Shown here one piece after another: positions 28,277 to 39,367 of a stretch of DNA of 48,234 nt (positions are counted from its first letter, which is position 1; each line of letters opens with the position of its first letter). The notes under the pieces are model-generated. The model did not search any database. It was given only the letters and a program-made list of their open reading frames with translations, and had not been told where the DNA came from. Source of the DNA: Bacillota bacterium (GTDB lineage Bacteria; Bacillota_I; Bacilli_A; MOL361; Turicibacteraceae); assembly GCA_003486705.1 (NCBI GenBank), contig DNGE01000115.1, positions 3,012 through 51,245 of the forward strand, read 5' to 3'. Both the position numbers and the translations under genes were made by a program.

Positions 28277-29257
28277 ATGGGAAAAAATATGCTGAAAAGA
28301 TTGACCTTGCCAGTATTGGCGATGTTGTTAATTTACTACGTAACAACAGATGAAGCAACAGAGGCGGGAAAAAGTTTAATCAAAACGATTGAAGACCAAA
28401 ACGTGCAGGTGGAAGTGAATTTAGATGATTACTACACCATCTACGCACCGCATGAGTCAGGGAATGTTGTGGGAACAATGATTGAAAAAGGTGAAGAGTC
28501 GGACGATGTACAAGCTGTTTATGACATTTTCACAACGAAGATGAATAAACTACCTCAAGGGGTAACATCACCTTTAACACCAGCAGCTGAGTTAATTGAT
28601 TATTCAATTGATCAAAATGTGTTAACGTTAAATGTGACTAGCGATTTTTTAAATTATGATTTAAAAGATGAACGTAAAGTATTGGAGTCACTAGTTTATA
28701 GTTTTACATCATTACCAGGTATTGAGGTATTAAAATTTAAAATTGATGGATTACCGGTAACAAACTTAAATGGGACGCTTTCGGTAGAAAGAGGATTAAG
28801 TAAAGAGATGGGAATCAATCTAGAACTCGATAGTAAAACACTCGATAACACGCAAGTTGTGACATTGTTTTTCTTAACAGATGATCATAAGGATGCGTTA
28901 TTAGTTCCAGTAACAAGATTAATTCCATCCACTGAAAATGCTGTTCAGTATGTGATTCAGGAATTGATTAACGGTCCTGAAGATGATAAGTATATTAGTG
29001 TCTTTGATAATAAAGTGAATCTATTAACCGATCCAATGATTGATAATGGTGTAATTTCCTTGAACTTTAGTAATGATTTATTTTATGATAATGAAAAAAC
29101 AGTGGTGTCTTCATTAATGTTAAAACAATTAGTATTAACATTAACGCAGTTTGAAGAAATAAAAAGTGTCTCTATTGCAGTCGATGGAGACGAAAAAGTA
29201 ATTGAGGACCAGTTAAAAACAGTTAGTCAACAATTAAATCCTGTAATTTATAAGTAA
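28277..29257 (+). CDS. gerM: Spore germination/sporulation protein GerM (two GerMN domains)
   Basis: LTLNVTSDF...LVYSFTS; LVPVTRLI...IQELINGP...LVLTLTQF. Located immediately upstream of rph as in Bacillus. Confidence 0.8.
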   Translation: MGKNMLKRLTLPVLAMLLIYYVTTDEATEAGKSLIKTIEDQNVQVEVNLDDYYTIYAPHESGNVVGTMIEKGEESDDVQAVYDIFTTKMNKLPQGVTSPLTPAAELIDYSIDQNVLTLNVTSDFLNYDLKDERKVLESLVYSFTSLPGIEVLKFKIDGLPVTNLNGTLSVERGLSKEMGINLELDSKTLDNTQVVTLFFLTDDHKDALLVPVTRLIPSTENAVQYVIQELINGPEDDKYISVFDNKVNLLTDPMIDNGVISLNFSNDLFYDNEKTVVSSLMLKQLVLTLTQFEEIKSVSIAVDGDEKVIEDQLKTVSQQLNPVIYK

Positions 29258-29331
29258 TCAAATAACATGTAAAAAAAAGTTTATGCTATAATAATTGAAG
29301 TAGAGTCGTAATAATACAAGCAGGTGAAAAC

Positions 29332-30042
29332 ATGAGAGCAAATGGACGATTAAATACTCAATTAAGAAACGTAGAATTTATTCCTAATTATATAATCCAT
29401 CCACATGGGTCTGTATTAATTAGTATGGGAAATACAAAAGTGATTTGTACTGCCACGATTGAAGATAAGGTACCACCATTTATGCGCGGAGAAGGAAAAG
29501 GCTGGATTACAGCTGAGTATTCGATGTTACCGGGTGCAACAAGCACGCGTAATTTCCGTGAATCAACACGTGGAAAAGTATCAGGTCGCACGATGGAAAT
29601 CCAAAGACTAATTGGCCGTTCGTTACGAGCAATCGTAGATTTAGAAAAGTTAGGTGAAAAAACAGTATGGATTGACTGTGATGTGATTCAAGCAGATGGG
29701 GGAACACGTACAGCATCTATAACAGGCGCGTTTTTAGCGATGAAGCTTGCCTTTGAACATTTAGTAAGAGAAGGTAAATTAGCACAGTCTCCTGTGACAG
29801 AACATCTCGCAGCTGTTTCGGTTGGGATACTAAATGGTGAAGTTATTTTAGATTTAAATTATGAAGAAGATTCAAGTGCTGAAGTGGATATGAATGTCGT
29901 GATGACTGAAAGTGGACAATTTGTTGAGATTCAAGGAACAGGTGAAGAAGCAACTTACTCACACACAGAGCTACTTCAAATGTTAGAAGTAGCTAAACAA
30001 GGAATTGAACAACTAATCGAAGCACAAAAACAAATGGTTTAA
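29332..30042 (+). CDS. rph: Ribonuclease PH
   Basis: [39 protein letters not shown]. Confidence 0.97.
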   Translation: MRANGRLNTQLRNVEFIPNYIIHPHGSVLISMGNTKVICTATIEDKVPPFMRGEGKGWITAEYSMLPGATSTRNFRESTRGKVSGRTMEIQRLIGRSLRAIVDLEKLGEKTVWIDCDVIQADGGTRTASITGAFLAMKLAFEHLVREGKLAQSPVTEHLAAVSVGILNGEVILDLNYEEDSSAEVDMNVVMTESGQFVEIQGTGEEATYSHTELLQMLEVAKQGIEQLIEAQKQMV

Positions 30043-30052
30043 GGAGTCTGTC

Positions 30053-30646
30053 ATGAAAGAAGTAATAATCGCAACAAAAAATAAAGGTAAAGTTAAAGAG
30101 TTTGAACATATTTTTAAACCGTTAGGGATTGTTGTAAAATCACTATTAGATTTAGATGAGCGTATTGAAATAGAAGAAAACGGTGCGACATTTGAAGAAA
30201 ATGCTTTGATTAAAGCGCGTGAGATTGCCAATACTTTTAATGTGTTAGTTATTGCTGATGATTCTGGATTAGAAGTAGATGCCTTAGATGGGCGCCCAGG
30301 TGTTTATAGTGCTCGCTATGCAGGAATTGGACGCAATGACATGGATAATATGAATAAAGTTTTAAGTGAACTAAAAGGTGTTGAATTTAATAAACGCACA
30401 GCAAGATTTGTCTGTGCGCTATCCATTGTAACGCCAGAAGGTAAAGAATATGTTGTAAGAGGTGAATGTGAAGGCCTCATTACAACGGAACCGACTGGAG
30501 ATGAAGGATTTGGTTACGACCCGATTTTCTACTTACCATCAAAAGATAAAACGATGGCACAAATTCCTAAAGCAGAAAAAAATGTACTAAGCCATCGTGC
30601 AGAAGCCTTTAAGAAGTTAGAGGGTATCTTAAAAGAACTAGGTTAG
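30053..30646 (+). CDS. rdgB: XTP/dITP diphosphatase (RdgB/HAM1)
   Basis: ATKNKGK, DDSGL, PGVYSARYAG, FGYDPIF, SHR. Confidence 0.95.
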   Translation: MKEVIIATKNKGKVKEFEHIFKPLGIVVKSLLDLDERIEIEENGATFEENALIKAREIANTFNVLVIADDSGLEVDALDGRPGVYSARYAGIGRNDMDNMNKVLSELKGVEFNKRTARFVCALSIVTPEGKEYVVRGECEGLITTEPTGDEGFGYDPIFYLPSKDKTMAQIPKAEKNVLSHRAEAFKKLEGILKELG

Positions 30647-30657
30647 AGGAGAAGGTT

Positions 30658-31164
30658 ATGAAAATTGTAGTAGTCAGTGATAGTCACTTTAATGATACGG
30701 TCCTTACTCAAATTCGTGAACGTCATTTACATGAAGCTAAGTTATTTTTACATTGTGGTGATTCACAATTGATGTCAAATCATAAATCCCTAGAAGGTTA
30801 CCAAGTCATTCGCGGGAATTGTGATATGGATATCACACTGCCAAACGAGTTAGTCTATGACATCGACAATAAATACAAACTATTTATGACGCATGGCCAT
30901 TTATATGACGTTAAGTTTTCGGTTCACCGTTTAAGTTACAGGGCAGAAGAAGTTGGCGCAAACATTGTTTGTTATGGACATTCTCATTTTATTGCAAGTG
31001 AACTTGTTAATAACACCTTGTTTTTAAATCCTGGAAGTGTCGTACTTCCACGTAATACACGAGAAAAAACATACATTGTATTAACCTTAGAAGAAGAGGT
31101 AAAAGTACAATTTCTAGAAGTTTCGTCTGGAACATGCATCTTACAAAAACACTATTCATTATAG
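30658..31164 (+). CDS. Metallophosphoesterase (YsnB/YfcE family)
   Basis: SDSH, HCGD, GNCD, THGH, GHSH and NPGS motifs. Confidence 0.9.
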   Translation: MKIVVVSDSHFNDTVLTQIRERHLHEAKLFLHCGDSQLMSNHKSLEGYQVIRGNCDMDITLPNELVYDIDNKYKLFMTHGHLYDVKFSVHRLSYRAEEVGANIVCYGHSHFIASELVNNTLFLNPGSVVLPRNTREKTYIVLTLEEEVKVQFLEVSSGTCILQKHYSL

Positions 31165-31183
31165 ATAGAGAGGTAGGGGGCTA

Positions 31184-32113
31184 ATGCAGGAACATAATTT
31201 TCAATATTATTTAAATCAAAAAGCAATTGCGGCACATTATATCGAATTAGGTAATATCCAAAAAGCATTAGAACATTTAGATAACGCCTACTTAACACCA
31301 TTTGGTGCACAAGACTTAGATCTAATGCTTGATTTGGCATTTATGTATGATGAAGCGGATTATCGTGACAAGGCGATGGAGATTTTTAAAAACATGGCCA
31401 AGGTTGATCCAGAGTTTCCAACGTCATATTATGGAATGGCAACGCTATATGATGAGGAAGAAGACTATGATAAAGCAATTTTTTATTATAAGCGCACGCT
31501 AGAGTTAGATCCAACATATGAAGCGGCACATTTTTTCTTAGCAAATATTTATGATGAAATAAAAAACTATGATAAAGCGATAGATCATTATGAAAAAACG
31601 ATTGAGCTCGATCCTGATTATTTTTACGCGTACATAAACTTGGGTTGTATTTATGAGAGTACGAATCAAAACTTAAAGGCGTATCATTATTTTTATCAAG
31701 CGTATCGTTTGGATCGTCAGGATTATATGGCCCTATTTAATTTGGGTGTTGCTTGTCGTAAGTTAGGTCAAATACGTGAGGCGATTCGCTATTATGAGAA
31801 ATCAATGCAAAGCAATGCGGACTATTATTGTACGTATTTAAATCTAGCCTTACTTTATAAAGAAGAATTTCATGATTATCATAAAAGCATTGCCATTTAT
31901 AGTGAAGGAATTAAACATAACTCAGATGTTTCAGTCCTTTATTATAATCGTGCGTGTTGCTATGCATTATTAGAGCGATATGCAGAAGCGTTTGAAGATT
32001 TAAAAACATCGACGGCACTTAGCCCAAGTCTGATTGAGTATATGAAAACAGATGATGAACTAACGGTTCTTCGATCATTGCCATCGTATCGAAATTATTA
32101 TGAAACAGAATAA
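31184..32113 (+). CDS. Tetratricopeptide repeat protein
   Basis: Successive 34-aa repeats (KAI..Y..T.ELDP.Y..A...L..IY) and a C-terminal YNRACCYALL cap. Confidence 0.88.
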   Translation: MQEHNFQYYLNQKAIAAHYIELGNIQKALEHLDNAYLTPFGAQDLDLMLDLAFMYDEADYRDKAMEIFKNMAKVDPEFPTSYYGMATLYDEEEDYDKAIFYYKRTLELDPTYEAAHFFLANIYDEIKNYDKAIDHYEKTIELDPDYFYAYINLGCIYESTNQNLKAYHYFYQAYRLDRQDYMALFNLGVACRKLGQIREAIRYYEKSMQSNADYYCTYLNLALLYKEEFHDYHKSIAIYSEGIKHNSDVSVLYYNRACCYALLERYAEAFEDLKTSTALSPSLIEYMKTDDELTVLRSLPSYRNYYETE

Positions 32114-32140
32114 AAAAACTGCCCGCAGGCAGTTTTTTTT
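32112..32140. terminator. Bidirectional terminator TPR/pgeF
   Basis: aaaaaaactgcc-cgca-ggcagttttttt. Confidence 0.85.
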
Positions 32141-32154
32141 ATATAAATCGTTAT

Positions 32155-33003
32155 TTATAAATCAAATGATGATAACTTTTTAGAAGCTAGACTAATAAAG
32201 CTCATCATTCGGCCTGTTTGTTTTTGACGTCGATAACTATAAAATAAGTCACGATCGGTGTAAGTACAGTATGAACTGATCAGTATATTTTCTTCAGGTA
32301 TCCCCTCAGCTAAAGCCTGAAGTTTGTTTAATAATTTAGGGTTAAATTTATATTGTGTGTCACTGATTTGAACATACGTTGTGTGAGCTAAAGCAAGGTT
32401 TGATTTTTTCACTTCATTAATGACCGTATCATCAACACGATAAGCATCTTGTCCAATACAAGGGCCAATGGCAACATAGATGTTTTCAGGCGCAATATTT
32501 TCACGTTCTTTTAACGTTTTTAACATGGCATGCATCATGCCATCGACTGTGCCACGCCATCCAGCATGAGCCACCCCAACCACATCGTGAGCTGGCGCGA
32601 AAAAGTAAAGGGGAGTACAATCTGCATAAAATGTAGCCAATACAATATCTTTTTCTTTTGTATACAGTCCGTCACAAGCTGCAATACCAGAATCAAAGCT
32701 ATCTACGCCACGCCCTAAGTCCTGACGGGTCACCTCGTGAACCGTTGTGGTATGTAATTGTTGAGCAAAAACCCATTGATTGAGTGGAGTTTTAATTTGT
32801 TCTGCTACTGTTTCACGATTTTGCAAAACAATTTTGGGATCATCGCCTACATGGTAAGCAATATTTAACCCCTCAAAAGCGCCAGTTGAGATTCCGCCTA
32901 ATTGTGTAGTAAAGCCAGCTATTAATTCCTGATGTTTATTCATCCATGGTTCACAATATAATAAATGATGGTTTAATAAAAATGGTTCTTTCAACGTTAT
33001 CAC
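32155..33003 (-). CDS. pgeF: Peptidoglycan editing factor PgeF (YfiH/YlmD family)
   Basis: QLH, CDGLYT, ADCTP, HAGWRG, IGPCI, FYSYRR...GRM. Confidence 0.92.
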   Translation of the reverse strand: MITLKEPFLLNHHLLYCEPWMNKHQELIAGFTTQLGGISTGAFEGLNIAYHVGDDPKIVLQNRETVAEQIKTPLNQWVFAQQLHTTTVHEVTRQDLGRGVDSFDSGIAACDGLYTKEKDIVLATFYADCTPLYFFAPAHDVVGVAHAGWRGTVDGMMHAMLKTLKERENIAPENIYVAIGPCIGQDAYRVDDTVINEVKKSNLALAHTTYVQISDTQYKFNPKLLNKLQALAEGIPEENILISSYCTYTDRDLFYSYRRQKQTGRMMSFISLASKKLSSFDL

Positions 33004-33163
33004 CTCACCTTTATTATATCAGACACTTTGTAAAGTGTGTAAATTTCATAACATTTTAATCATGGACGTGTGCAAAGAAATTTGATAAAATGATATAAAA
33101 GATTAATAAAATACAGCCAATCAACAGTCAGTGTTGATTGCTCGTGGATAAAGAGGGATTAGC

Positions 33164-33829
33164 ATGGAAAAAAAAGATACTTTCGCGGTCATTGGATGTG
33201 GTCAATTTGGGGGCAGTGTGGTTGAAGAGTTAGCTCGCCAAGGTGCTGATGTGTTAGCAATTGATATTAATGAAGAAGTCATTAAAAAATATGTTAATAT
33301 TGCCACTCAAGCTATCATTTTAGACTCAACGGATGAAGAAGCGCTGAATAGTATTGGAATTCGAAATATTGATCATGTCATCGTAGGGATTGGGCAAAAT
33401 ATTCAAGCTAGTATTTTAACGAGTTTATTATTAAAAGAAATTGGGGTAAATAAAGTAACGGTTAAAGTTGAGAATGACTACCATAAAAAAGTTATTTTAA
33501 AACTAGGTGCTGATTCTGTCATTCAACCGGAAAAAGATACAGGTAAAAGATTAGCACATCAAATTTTATCTGATTTTGTATTAGATTATTTAGTACTTTC
33601 AGATAATTATAGTATTGTTGAGTTATTAGCAGCGGGACCGATTGTGGGGCAAACATTAATTGAATTAAATATTCCACAACGTTTTGGTGTTAATATTGCA
33701 GCAATTAAGCGTCGATACAATATTGTTGTGCCACAAGCGACAACAGATATTCGTGAAGGCGATGTCTTACTTGTGATTGGTGAAAATAAAGATATCTCAG
33801 AATTTGACCATTGGTTATTACATGGATAA
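33164..33829 (+). CDS. ktrC: Ktr/Trk K+ uptake regulatory (RCK) subunit
   Basis: FAVIGCGQFGGSV Rossmann fold, GIRNIDHVIVGIG, TrkA-C domain. Next to RNase J1, as Bacillus ktrC is. Confidence 0.8.
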   Translation: MEKKDTFAVIGCGQFGGSVVEELARQGADVLAIDINEEVIKKYVNIATQAIILDSTDEEALNSIGIRNIDHVIVGIGQNIQASILTSLLLKEIGVNKVTVKVENDYHKKVILKLGADSVIQPEKDTGKRLAHQILSDFVLDYLVLSDNYSIVELLAAGPIVGQTLIELNIPQRFGVNIAAIKRRYNIVVPQATTDIREGDVLLVIGENKDISEFDHWLLHG

Positions 33830-33867
33830 AATGACGAGATAGATGAGGCGGATGAGATAACAACCTT

Positions 33868-33905
33868 AAAAAGATGACTTCTGATAAACAGAAGTCATCT
33901 TTTTT
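33868..33905 (+). terminator. ktrC terminator
   Basis: aaaaagatgacttctg / cagaagtcatcttttt. Confidence 0.8.
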
Positions 33906-34050
33906 GTTAGGCCATGATCTACATTGAGTAAAGGAGATAACGGGAAGAAAAAAAGCTAATGGCGATGATGTTGTAATCACCAGATAAACGCAAGAATGAA
34001 TTGCCAGTATCCAAACAAGTAAGAGTTACGATAACCAAACTTGAAAAGAT

Positions 34051-34080
34051 AAAAAAAGGTGTTGGCCCAAGCCAACACCT
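34051..34080 (-). terminator. RNase J terminator
   Basis: Minus strand aggtgttggc-ttgg-gccaacacct plus T-tract. Confidence 0.85.
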
Positions 34081-34090
34081 AATTATTTTA

Positions 34091-35782
34091 TTAAATTTCC
34101 ATAATAATCGGTAAAATCATCGGACGGCGTTGTGTTTTATCAAATAAGAATGGTGAGACAACGTCACAAATGACTGATTTTAAGTCTTCCGTACTTGGGT
34201 TACCGTGTTGTAATTTATGATTCACAACTTCGCGCACGGCGATTTCTGTGTTTTTAATTAAGTCTTCTGATTCTTTCATGTAAACAAATCCACGCGACAC
34301 AACGTTTGGACCGTTTAATAAACGTTTTTCTGAACGCTTAATTGAAACAGCGATAATAACAAGACCATCTTCAGAAAGAATTTTACGATCGCGGATAATT
34401 TCCGTTCCAACGTCACCAATACCTGAGTTATCTGTATAAATAGAACCAGATGGAACACGTCCACTAATGCGGGCACCATTTGGTGAGAACGCTAAGACAT
34501 CTCCGTTGTTCATAATAAATACATTTTCTTCAGGAATCCCACATTGGTTACCAAGTTTTCCTGCAATGCTAAGCATACGGAATTCACCGTGAACTGGCAT
34601 AAAGTATTTTGGTTTCATTAAGTTTAACATTAATTTTAATTCTTCTTGTCCAGCATGTCCAGATGTATGAATATCTGTTAAAGGACTGTGCGTGATAACA
34701 TCAGCACCCGCACGGTATAAGGCGTTAATCGTACGATTAACACTTAAAGCATTACCAGGAATCGGTGAAGAAGAGAAGACAACCGTATCACCAGGAATGA
34801 TTTGAATTTGACGATGTGTTCCATTTGCGATACGAGATAATGCCGCAAGCGGTTCCCCTTGTGATCCCGTACATAAGATTGTGACTTGATCAGCCGGTAA
34901 ATGTTTAATTTCATTCGCTGAAACAAATGTATCTTCAGGACAATTGATATAACCATATTCTAATCCGATTTTAATCGTCGATTCCATGCTTCGTCCGAAA
35001 ATCGCAATTTTGCGATTGGTTGACAGTGATGCTTCAACAATTTGTTGCACACGGTGAACATTAGACGCGAATGTTGCGATAATAACACGTCCGTTAATCT
35101 TTTTGAAAATTTCAGCTAAGCTTTCACCAACGCGACGCTCAGAAATTGTTAAGTTCGGTAATTCACTGTTTGTACTATCTGTTAATAAACATAAAATACC
35201 TTCTACACCTAAGCGTGCCATTTTAGCATATTCAGCTGGTGGTCCGATTGGTGTGAAGTCAAATTTGAAGTCCCCTGTATGTGCAATCACACCATTTGGT
35301 GTTTTAATCGCCACACCGAATGAATCCGGAATACTGTGATTCGTACGGAAAAATTCAAACGATAAGTGCTTTGTTTTAAATGTTGTATCTGAGTTATACT
35401 CCACTAAATTAGCAGCATGTAATAATTTGCGTTCCTCAAGTTTATTTTTAATTAACCCAATTGCAAGTTTTCCCGCATAGATTTTTGGAATGCGAAGCTG
35501 CTTTAATAAAAATGGAATCCCACCGATATGGTCTTCATGACCGTGAGTAATAACTAATCCAATAATTTTATCTTGATTTTCAACTAAATATTGATAATCT
35601 GGAATAACGTAATCTACCCCAAGTAAATAATCTTCAGGAAATTTAATTCCCGCATCAATAATAACAATCTCATCTTTGTACTGAACACAGTACATATTTT
35701 TCCCAATTTCACCCATTCCACCTAAAGCAAAAACACCCACTTCATTTGGCTTTAGATTAGGCCCTTTCTTACGTTGATTCAT
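34091..35782 (-). CDS. rnjA: Ribonuclease J (J1 type)
   Basis: [51 protein letters not shown]. Confidence 0.93.
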   Translation of the reverse strand: MNQRKKGPNLKPNEVGVFALGGMGEIGKNMYCVQYKDEIVIIDAGIKFPEDYLLGVDYVIPDYQYLVENQDKIIGLVITHGHEDHIGGIPFLLKQLRIPKIYAGKLAIGLIKNKLEERKLLHAANLVEYNSDTTFKTKHLSFEFFRTNHSIPDSFGVAIKTPNGVIAHTGDFKFDFTPIGPPAEYAKMARLGVEGILCLLTDSTNSELPNLTISERRVGESLAEIFKKINGRVIIATFASNVHRVQQIVEASLSTNRKIAIFGRSMESTIKIGLEYGYINCPEDTFVSANEIKHLPADQVTILCTGSQGEPLAALSRIANGTHRQIQIIPGDTVVFSSSPIPGNALSVNRTINALYRAGADVITHSPLTDIHTSGHAGQEELKLMLNLMKPKYFMPVHGEFRMLSIAGKLGNQCGIPEENVFIMNNGDVLAFSPNGARISGRVPSGSIYTDNSGIGDVGTEIIRDRKILSEDGLVIIAVSIKRSEKRLLNGPNVVSRGFVYMKESEDLIKNTEIAVREVVNHKLQHGNPSTEDLKSVICDVVSPFLFDKTQRRPMILPIIMEI

Positions 35783-36095
35783 GTGACACTTCCTTTCATC
35801 GAGTTTATATTCATAAAAGATACATCATTTGCTATAATAAACTATAGTCTGTTTAAATTTAAATCATTACTTTTTCAGAACAGTAACTAAAAAATAGTGA
35901 ACCATCTTTTAACATTATAACATGTTTATTCAAATCATGTAAAAATAAACAGAGGCAAAATGATATTAACGTTTACCTAACATATCTATTATACCATTAC
36001 ATGGTTTCAATATAACAGTAACACGGTCGAAATTATATAATAAATTATATTTTGGACGAGAAAAAATTAAAAACAGATAAAATTTTACAAAAGGC

Positions 36096-36875
36096 GTGAG
36101 AATGATGACAAAAAGTTTAATCTTATTCGATATTGATGGAACGTTACTTCAAAGTGATATTAATCAAATTCCAGACAGTACAATCTTGGCATTAACAAAA
36201 TTAAAAGCAGCAGGACATGATTTAGGAATTGCAACGGGGCGTCCGCTTTATTTAGTGGATGAACGCATTCGAAATTTACCCGTGAATGTGTTTATTACGG
36301 CAAACGGGCAACATATTTTATATAACAATGACGTGATTTATGAAAATCCAATTCCAAGTGAAGTCGTTCAATCGCTTATTGATGAGGCAAAGGCACTAAA
36401 CATTCCTATCGGTTTAGTATCATCCAATCAGTCGGCTGTTACGGTGCAAACAGAGGGTGTTTTAGAATCATTTAAGCGCGTTTCCATGCCATTACCGAGT
36501 GTGGGGACTGATTTACATCATAAAGAATCCATTTTACAAGCATGGTTTTTCTCTAATGAGTTTGAACAACTTCAAGAAAAATATGAAACACATTTGAAAT
36601 TTGTACCTTGGCTTGAATTTGGAGCAGATGTCGTGCCACTGAATGGATCAAAAGCAGAAGGGATTAAATATTTAATGACCCACTTAGATGAGGTGCCAAA
36701 GCGTTTGATTACATTTGGTGATGGATATAATGATCTTGAAATGCTTGAGCTTGCTGATATCGGTGTGGCGATGGGAAATGCGCACGATGATGTGAAGTTG
36801 CGTGCTGATTTTGTGACAAAACGTATTGATGAAGATGGTATTTATCATGCGTGTGAGATCCTCGACTTATTTTAA
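36096..36875 (+). CDS. Cof-type HAD-IIB hydrolase (YkrA-like)
   Basis: FDIDGTL, ATGR, SKAEG, FGDGYND. Confidence 0.92.
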   Translation: MRMMTKSLILFDIDGTLLQSDINQIPDSTILALTKLKAAGHDLGIATGRPLYLVDERIRNLPVNVFITANGQHILYNNDVIYENPIPSEVVQSLIDEAKALNIPIGLVSSNQSAVTVQTEGVLESFKRVSMPLPSVGTDLHHKESILQAWFFSNEFEQLQEKYETHLKFVPWLEFGADVVPLNGSKAEGIKYLMTHLDEVPKRLITFGDGYNDLEMLELADIGVAMGNAHDDVKLRADFVTKRIDEDGIYHACEILDLF

Positions 36876-37028
36876 ACAATCTCGTTTGTAAATCAGTGGC
36901 AATAATTTTAAAACATGCTAAAATATAAGTCATATAAAATCAAGATAAACAGGTGGTAAAACATAGCGTTAAACAACTTGCTTAAATGTTTTACCGTCCT
37001 CTATTTAGGATATAGACGTTAAAGGTGG

Positions 37029-38384
37029 GTGGAGTTAATGGAGCAGTTACACATTGAAGAAATCGTGAATACATTAGAAGTTGCGCTTGAAGAAGGTTTA
37101 TGGGAAGAAGCTTCAATTATTGCCCAGGAATTACTTCAACATGAAACTGAGTTTGCAGCGGCGTATAATGCGCTAGCTTTTATTTCAATTGAGGCGGATG
37201 GCGATTACTTAGCAGCTAAAGGGTATTACGAACAGGCCTTAGTGCATGAACCAAATTCTGCGACGCTATATTACAATATTGCCATTCTTTGTGATGAGTA
37301 TTTAAATCAACCAGAAGAAGCGGTGACGTGTTTTGAAAAAGCGTTGGAATTAAATGAAACATTTGTCGATGCTTATGTCCATTTAACTGAACTTTTAATG
37401 GAAAATAATCAAGGATTAGAGTTAGCCTTAAGTTATGCTAAAAAAGTTGAAATCTTAGACCCAGAACATGCAAGAAATTTAAATAATATTGGATGTTTAT
37501 ACATGAAGCAGTTAAAAGATGTAGAAGCAGCGATTCCTTATTTTAAAAAGGCGTTGCAATTATCTGATCAAAAAGGATTAATCGCAGCCAATTTAGCAGA
37601 TGCATATGTTAAAACAGAAGCGTTTGAAGAGGCAAAAAAAACGTACAAGTTAGCTTTAAATTATGATCCGAGTAACAGTTTAGTGTGCCATAATTTTGCT
37701 TATGTGCTCCATCATCACTTTAAAGAGTTTGATTCGGCAAAGACGCTTTATGAGCGTGCGATTATGTTGAATCCACATAATATTCATCCGTATTTAAGCT
37801 TGAAGAACTTGTGGATTCAAGAATATAAAGAGCCAAAACAAGGCGTTGCTATTTTAGAAAAAGCGTTGGCGACGCTTGGTGAACAGGTGAATGTATTGCT
37901 TGAATTAGCCGATATTTATGATATTAATCTAGAAGATTATGACAAGGCTATTTATTACTATAACCGAGTGTTAGAACATCAACCGTATCATGCCACAGCG
38001 TTAAATGCACTTGCGTATATTCAGGCATCGATTCAAAAAAATTACGATGCGGCCATTTTATGCTATGAGAAAATTCTTGAAGTTGATCCAATCAACCCGA
38101 TTACGTATGTCAACATCGGTCATGTTTATTTCCTTAAACTTTCAGACTTTGATCGTGCCCTAGATGCCTATGAAAAAGCAGAAGCATTAATCGAGGAACA
38201 TGACTTAAAAGTAAATTATGCATCGGAATTATATTTCAATATGGGATTAATTTATGAAAATTATGTATCAAATGAACGATTAGCGATGAGTTATTACGAA
38301 AAAGCGGTGGGCTTAAAAGGTTATAAAAAAGCTGAAAAAAAACTGCTTGCGATGTATCAAACAGGATTGAAGATTATTCATTAA
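37029..38384 (+). CDS. Tetratricopeptide repeat protein
   Basis: Roughly a dozen TPR-like repeats over the whole length; no catalytic domain seen. Confidence 0.85.
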   Translation: MELMEQLHIEEIVNTLEVALEEGLWEEASIIAQELLQHETEFAAAYNALAFISIEADGDYLAAKGYYEQALVHEPNSATLYYNIAILCDEYLNQPEEAVTCFEKALELNETFVDAYVHLTELLMENNQGLELALSYAKKVEILDPEHARNLNNIGCLYMKQLKDVEAAIPYFKKALQLSDQKGLIAANLADAYVKTEAFEEAKKTYKLALNYDPSNSLVCHNFAYVLHHHFKEFDSAKTLYERAIMLNPHNIHPYLSLKNLWIQEYKEPKQGVAILEKALATLGEQVNVLLELADIYDINLEDYDKAIYYYNRVLEHQPYHATALNALAYIQASIQKNYDAAILCYEKILEVDPINPITYVNIGHVYFLKLSDFDRALDAYEKAEALIEEHDLKVNYASELYFNMGLIYENYVSNERLAMSYYEKAVGLKGYKKAEKKLLAMYQTGLKIIH

Positions 38385-38385
38385 C

Positions 38386-38416
38386 AAAAAAAAGACACGA
38401 TTAACGTGTCTTTTTT
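38386..38416. terminator. Bidirectional terminator TPR/def
   Basis: aaaaaagacacg-attaa-cgtgtctttttt. Confidence 0.8.
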
Positions 38417-38969
38417 AAAATTCTAATGGCTTTGCATTTGGAATAGGTGCCGTAGGATGTTGTGTATTAATTCGATCTAAAAATAACGTACCCTCTAAAT
38501 GATCAATCTCATGTTGGAAAACAATTGATGTGTAATCGCGTAAACGAAGGCGAACTAATTCGTTTTTCACATTGTATCCTTCAATCGTTACACGACGATA
38601 ACGAGGAACAAGTCCTTCAACTTCACGATCAACTGATAAACATCCTTCACCCATAGGTAAGTATGTTTTCTCTTCCGAATAGCTGACGATTTTTGGATTT
38701 GCTAACGCAATCGAATATAATTTTCCTTTTTCATCTTCAGTATGAACCGCAATGATGCGCTTATCTAAATCTAATTGTGGCGCAGCAAGCCCAACACTTT
38801 CACGTAATGCATATTTTTTTGCGATTTTTTCATCTTGACTATTTATAATAAATTGTACCATGTCATTCATTAATTGAATATCTTCATCGCTAAGTGGAAT
38901 AGCAACTTCCTTTGCAACGCGTGCTAAATTCGGATGCCCTTCGCGGATAATATCTTTCATTGTGATCAT
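38415..38969 (-). CDS. def: Peptide deformylase
   Basis: VGLAAPQ, GEGCLSV, QHEIDH. SD GGAGG before ATG 38969. Confidence 0.96.
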   Translation of the reverse strand: MITMKDIIREGHPNLARVAKEVAIPLSDEDIQLMNDMVQFIINSQDEKIAKKYALRESVGLAAPQLDLDKRIIAVHTEDEKGKLYSIALANPKIVSYSEEKTYLPMGEGCLSVDREVEGLVPRYRRVTIEGYNVKNELVRLRLRDYTSIVFQHEIDHLEGTLFLDRINTQHPTAPIPNAKPLEF

Positions 38970-39194
38970 ATAATAACCTCCAATCAAATCAAATCTTATT
39001 ATAACAAAAAATTTGACATTTGGCTAATAGTTAACACCAGTTAAATTTTTTCAGAAGAAAAAATTGTACCGATAGTTTATCGTATCTGTCTTTTTAACGA
39101 AAGGAAGCAGAAAAATTTTACTTGAAATACGTTTAGTTACAGACGATTATCTTGTTAGCGGTGAGGGTCGTGTCTTTTTGAGAATGTAGAAGAT

Positions 39195-39230
39195 AAAAAA
39201 AGTGTTGTGCTCCAAATGGGGCACAACACA
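39195..39230 (-). terminator. Terminator of the YjcZ-like genes
   Basis: Minus strand gtgttgtgcccca/tggagcacaacac plus T-tract. Confidence 0.7.
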
Positions 39231-39274
39231 TCTCACTCACATATTCCTAAAGATAAAGTCGTTTTATTTCTGAA

Positions 39275-39367
39275 TTAGTAGCAAAGGCATCCGCCAATGA
39301 TAACTAATAAGATGAAGATAACTAAAATAAAAGCGCAGTTTGATCCTAATCCAATTCCGTTACACAT
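39275..39367 (-). CDS. YjcZ/SscA-family small sporulation protein (30 aa, not in ORF track)
   Basis: GGAGG SD; MCNGIGLGSNCAFILVIFILLVIIGGCLCY* carries the family LVLFILLIIVG-like TM motif. Confidence 0.85.
   Translation of the reverse strand: MCNGIGLGSNCAFILVIFILLVIIGGCLCY

Noticed and set aside
33705..34050. Small membrane-protein gene or remnant between the ktrC and rnjA terminators
   Set aside because: Hydrophobic-looking translation but no SD/start, enclosed by two terminators, and the tracked ORF overlaps ktrC antisense; cannot be supported.
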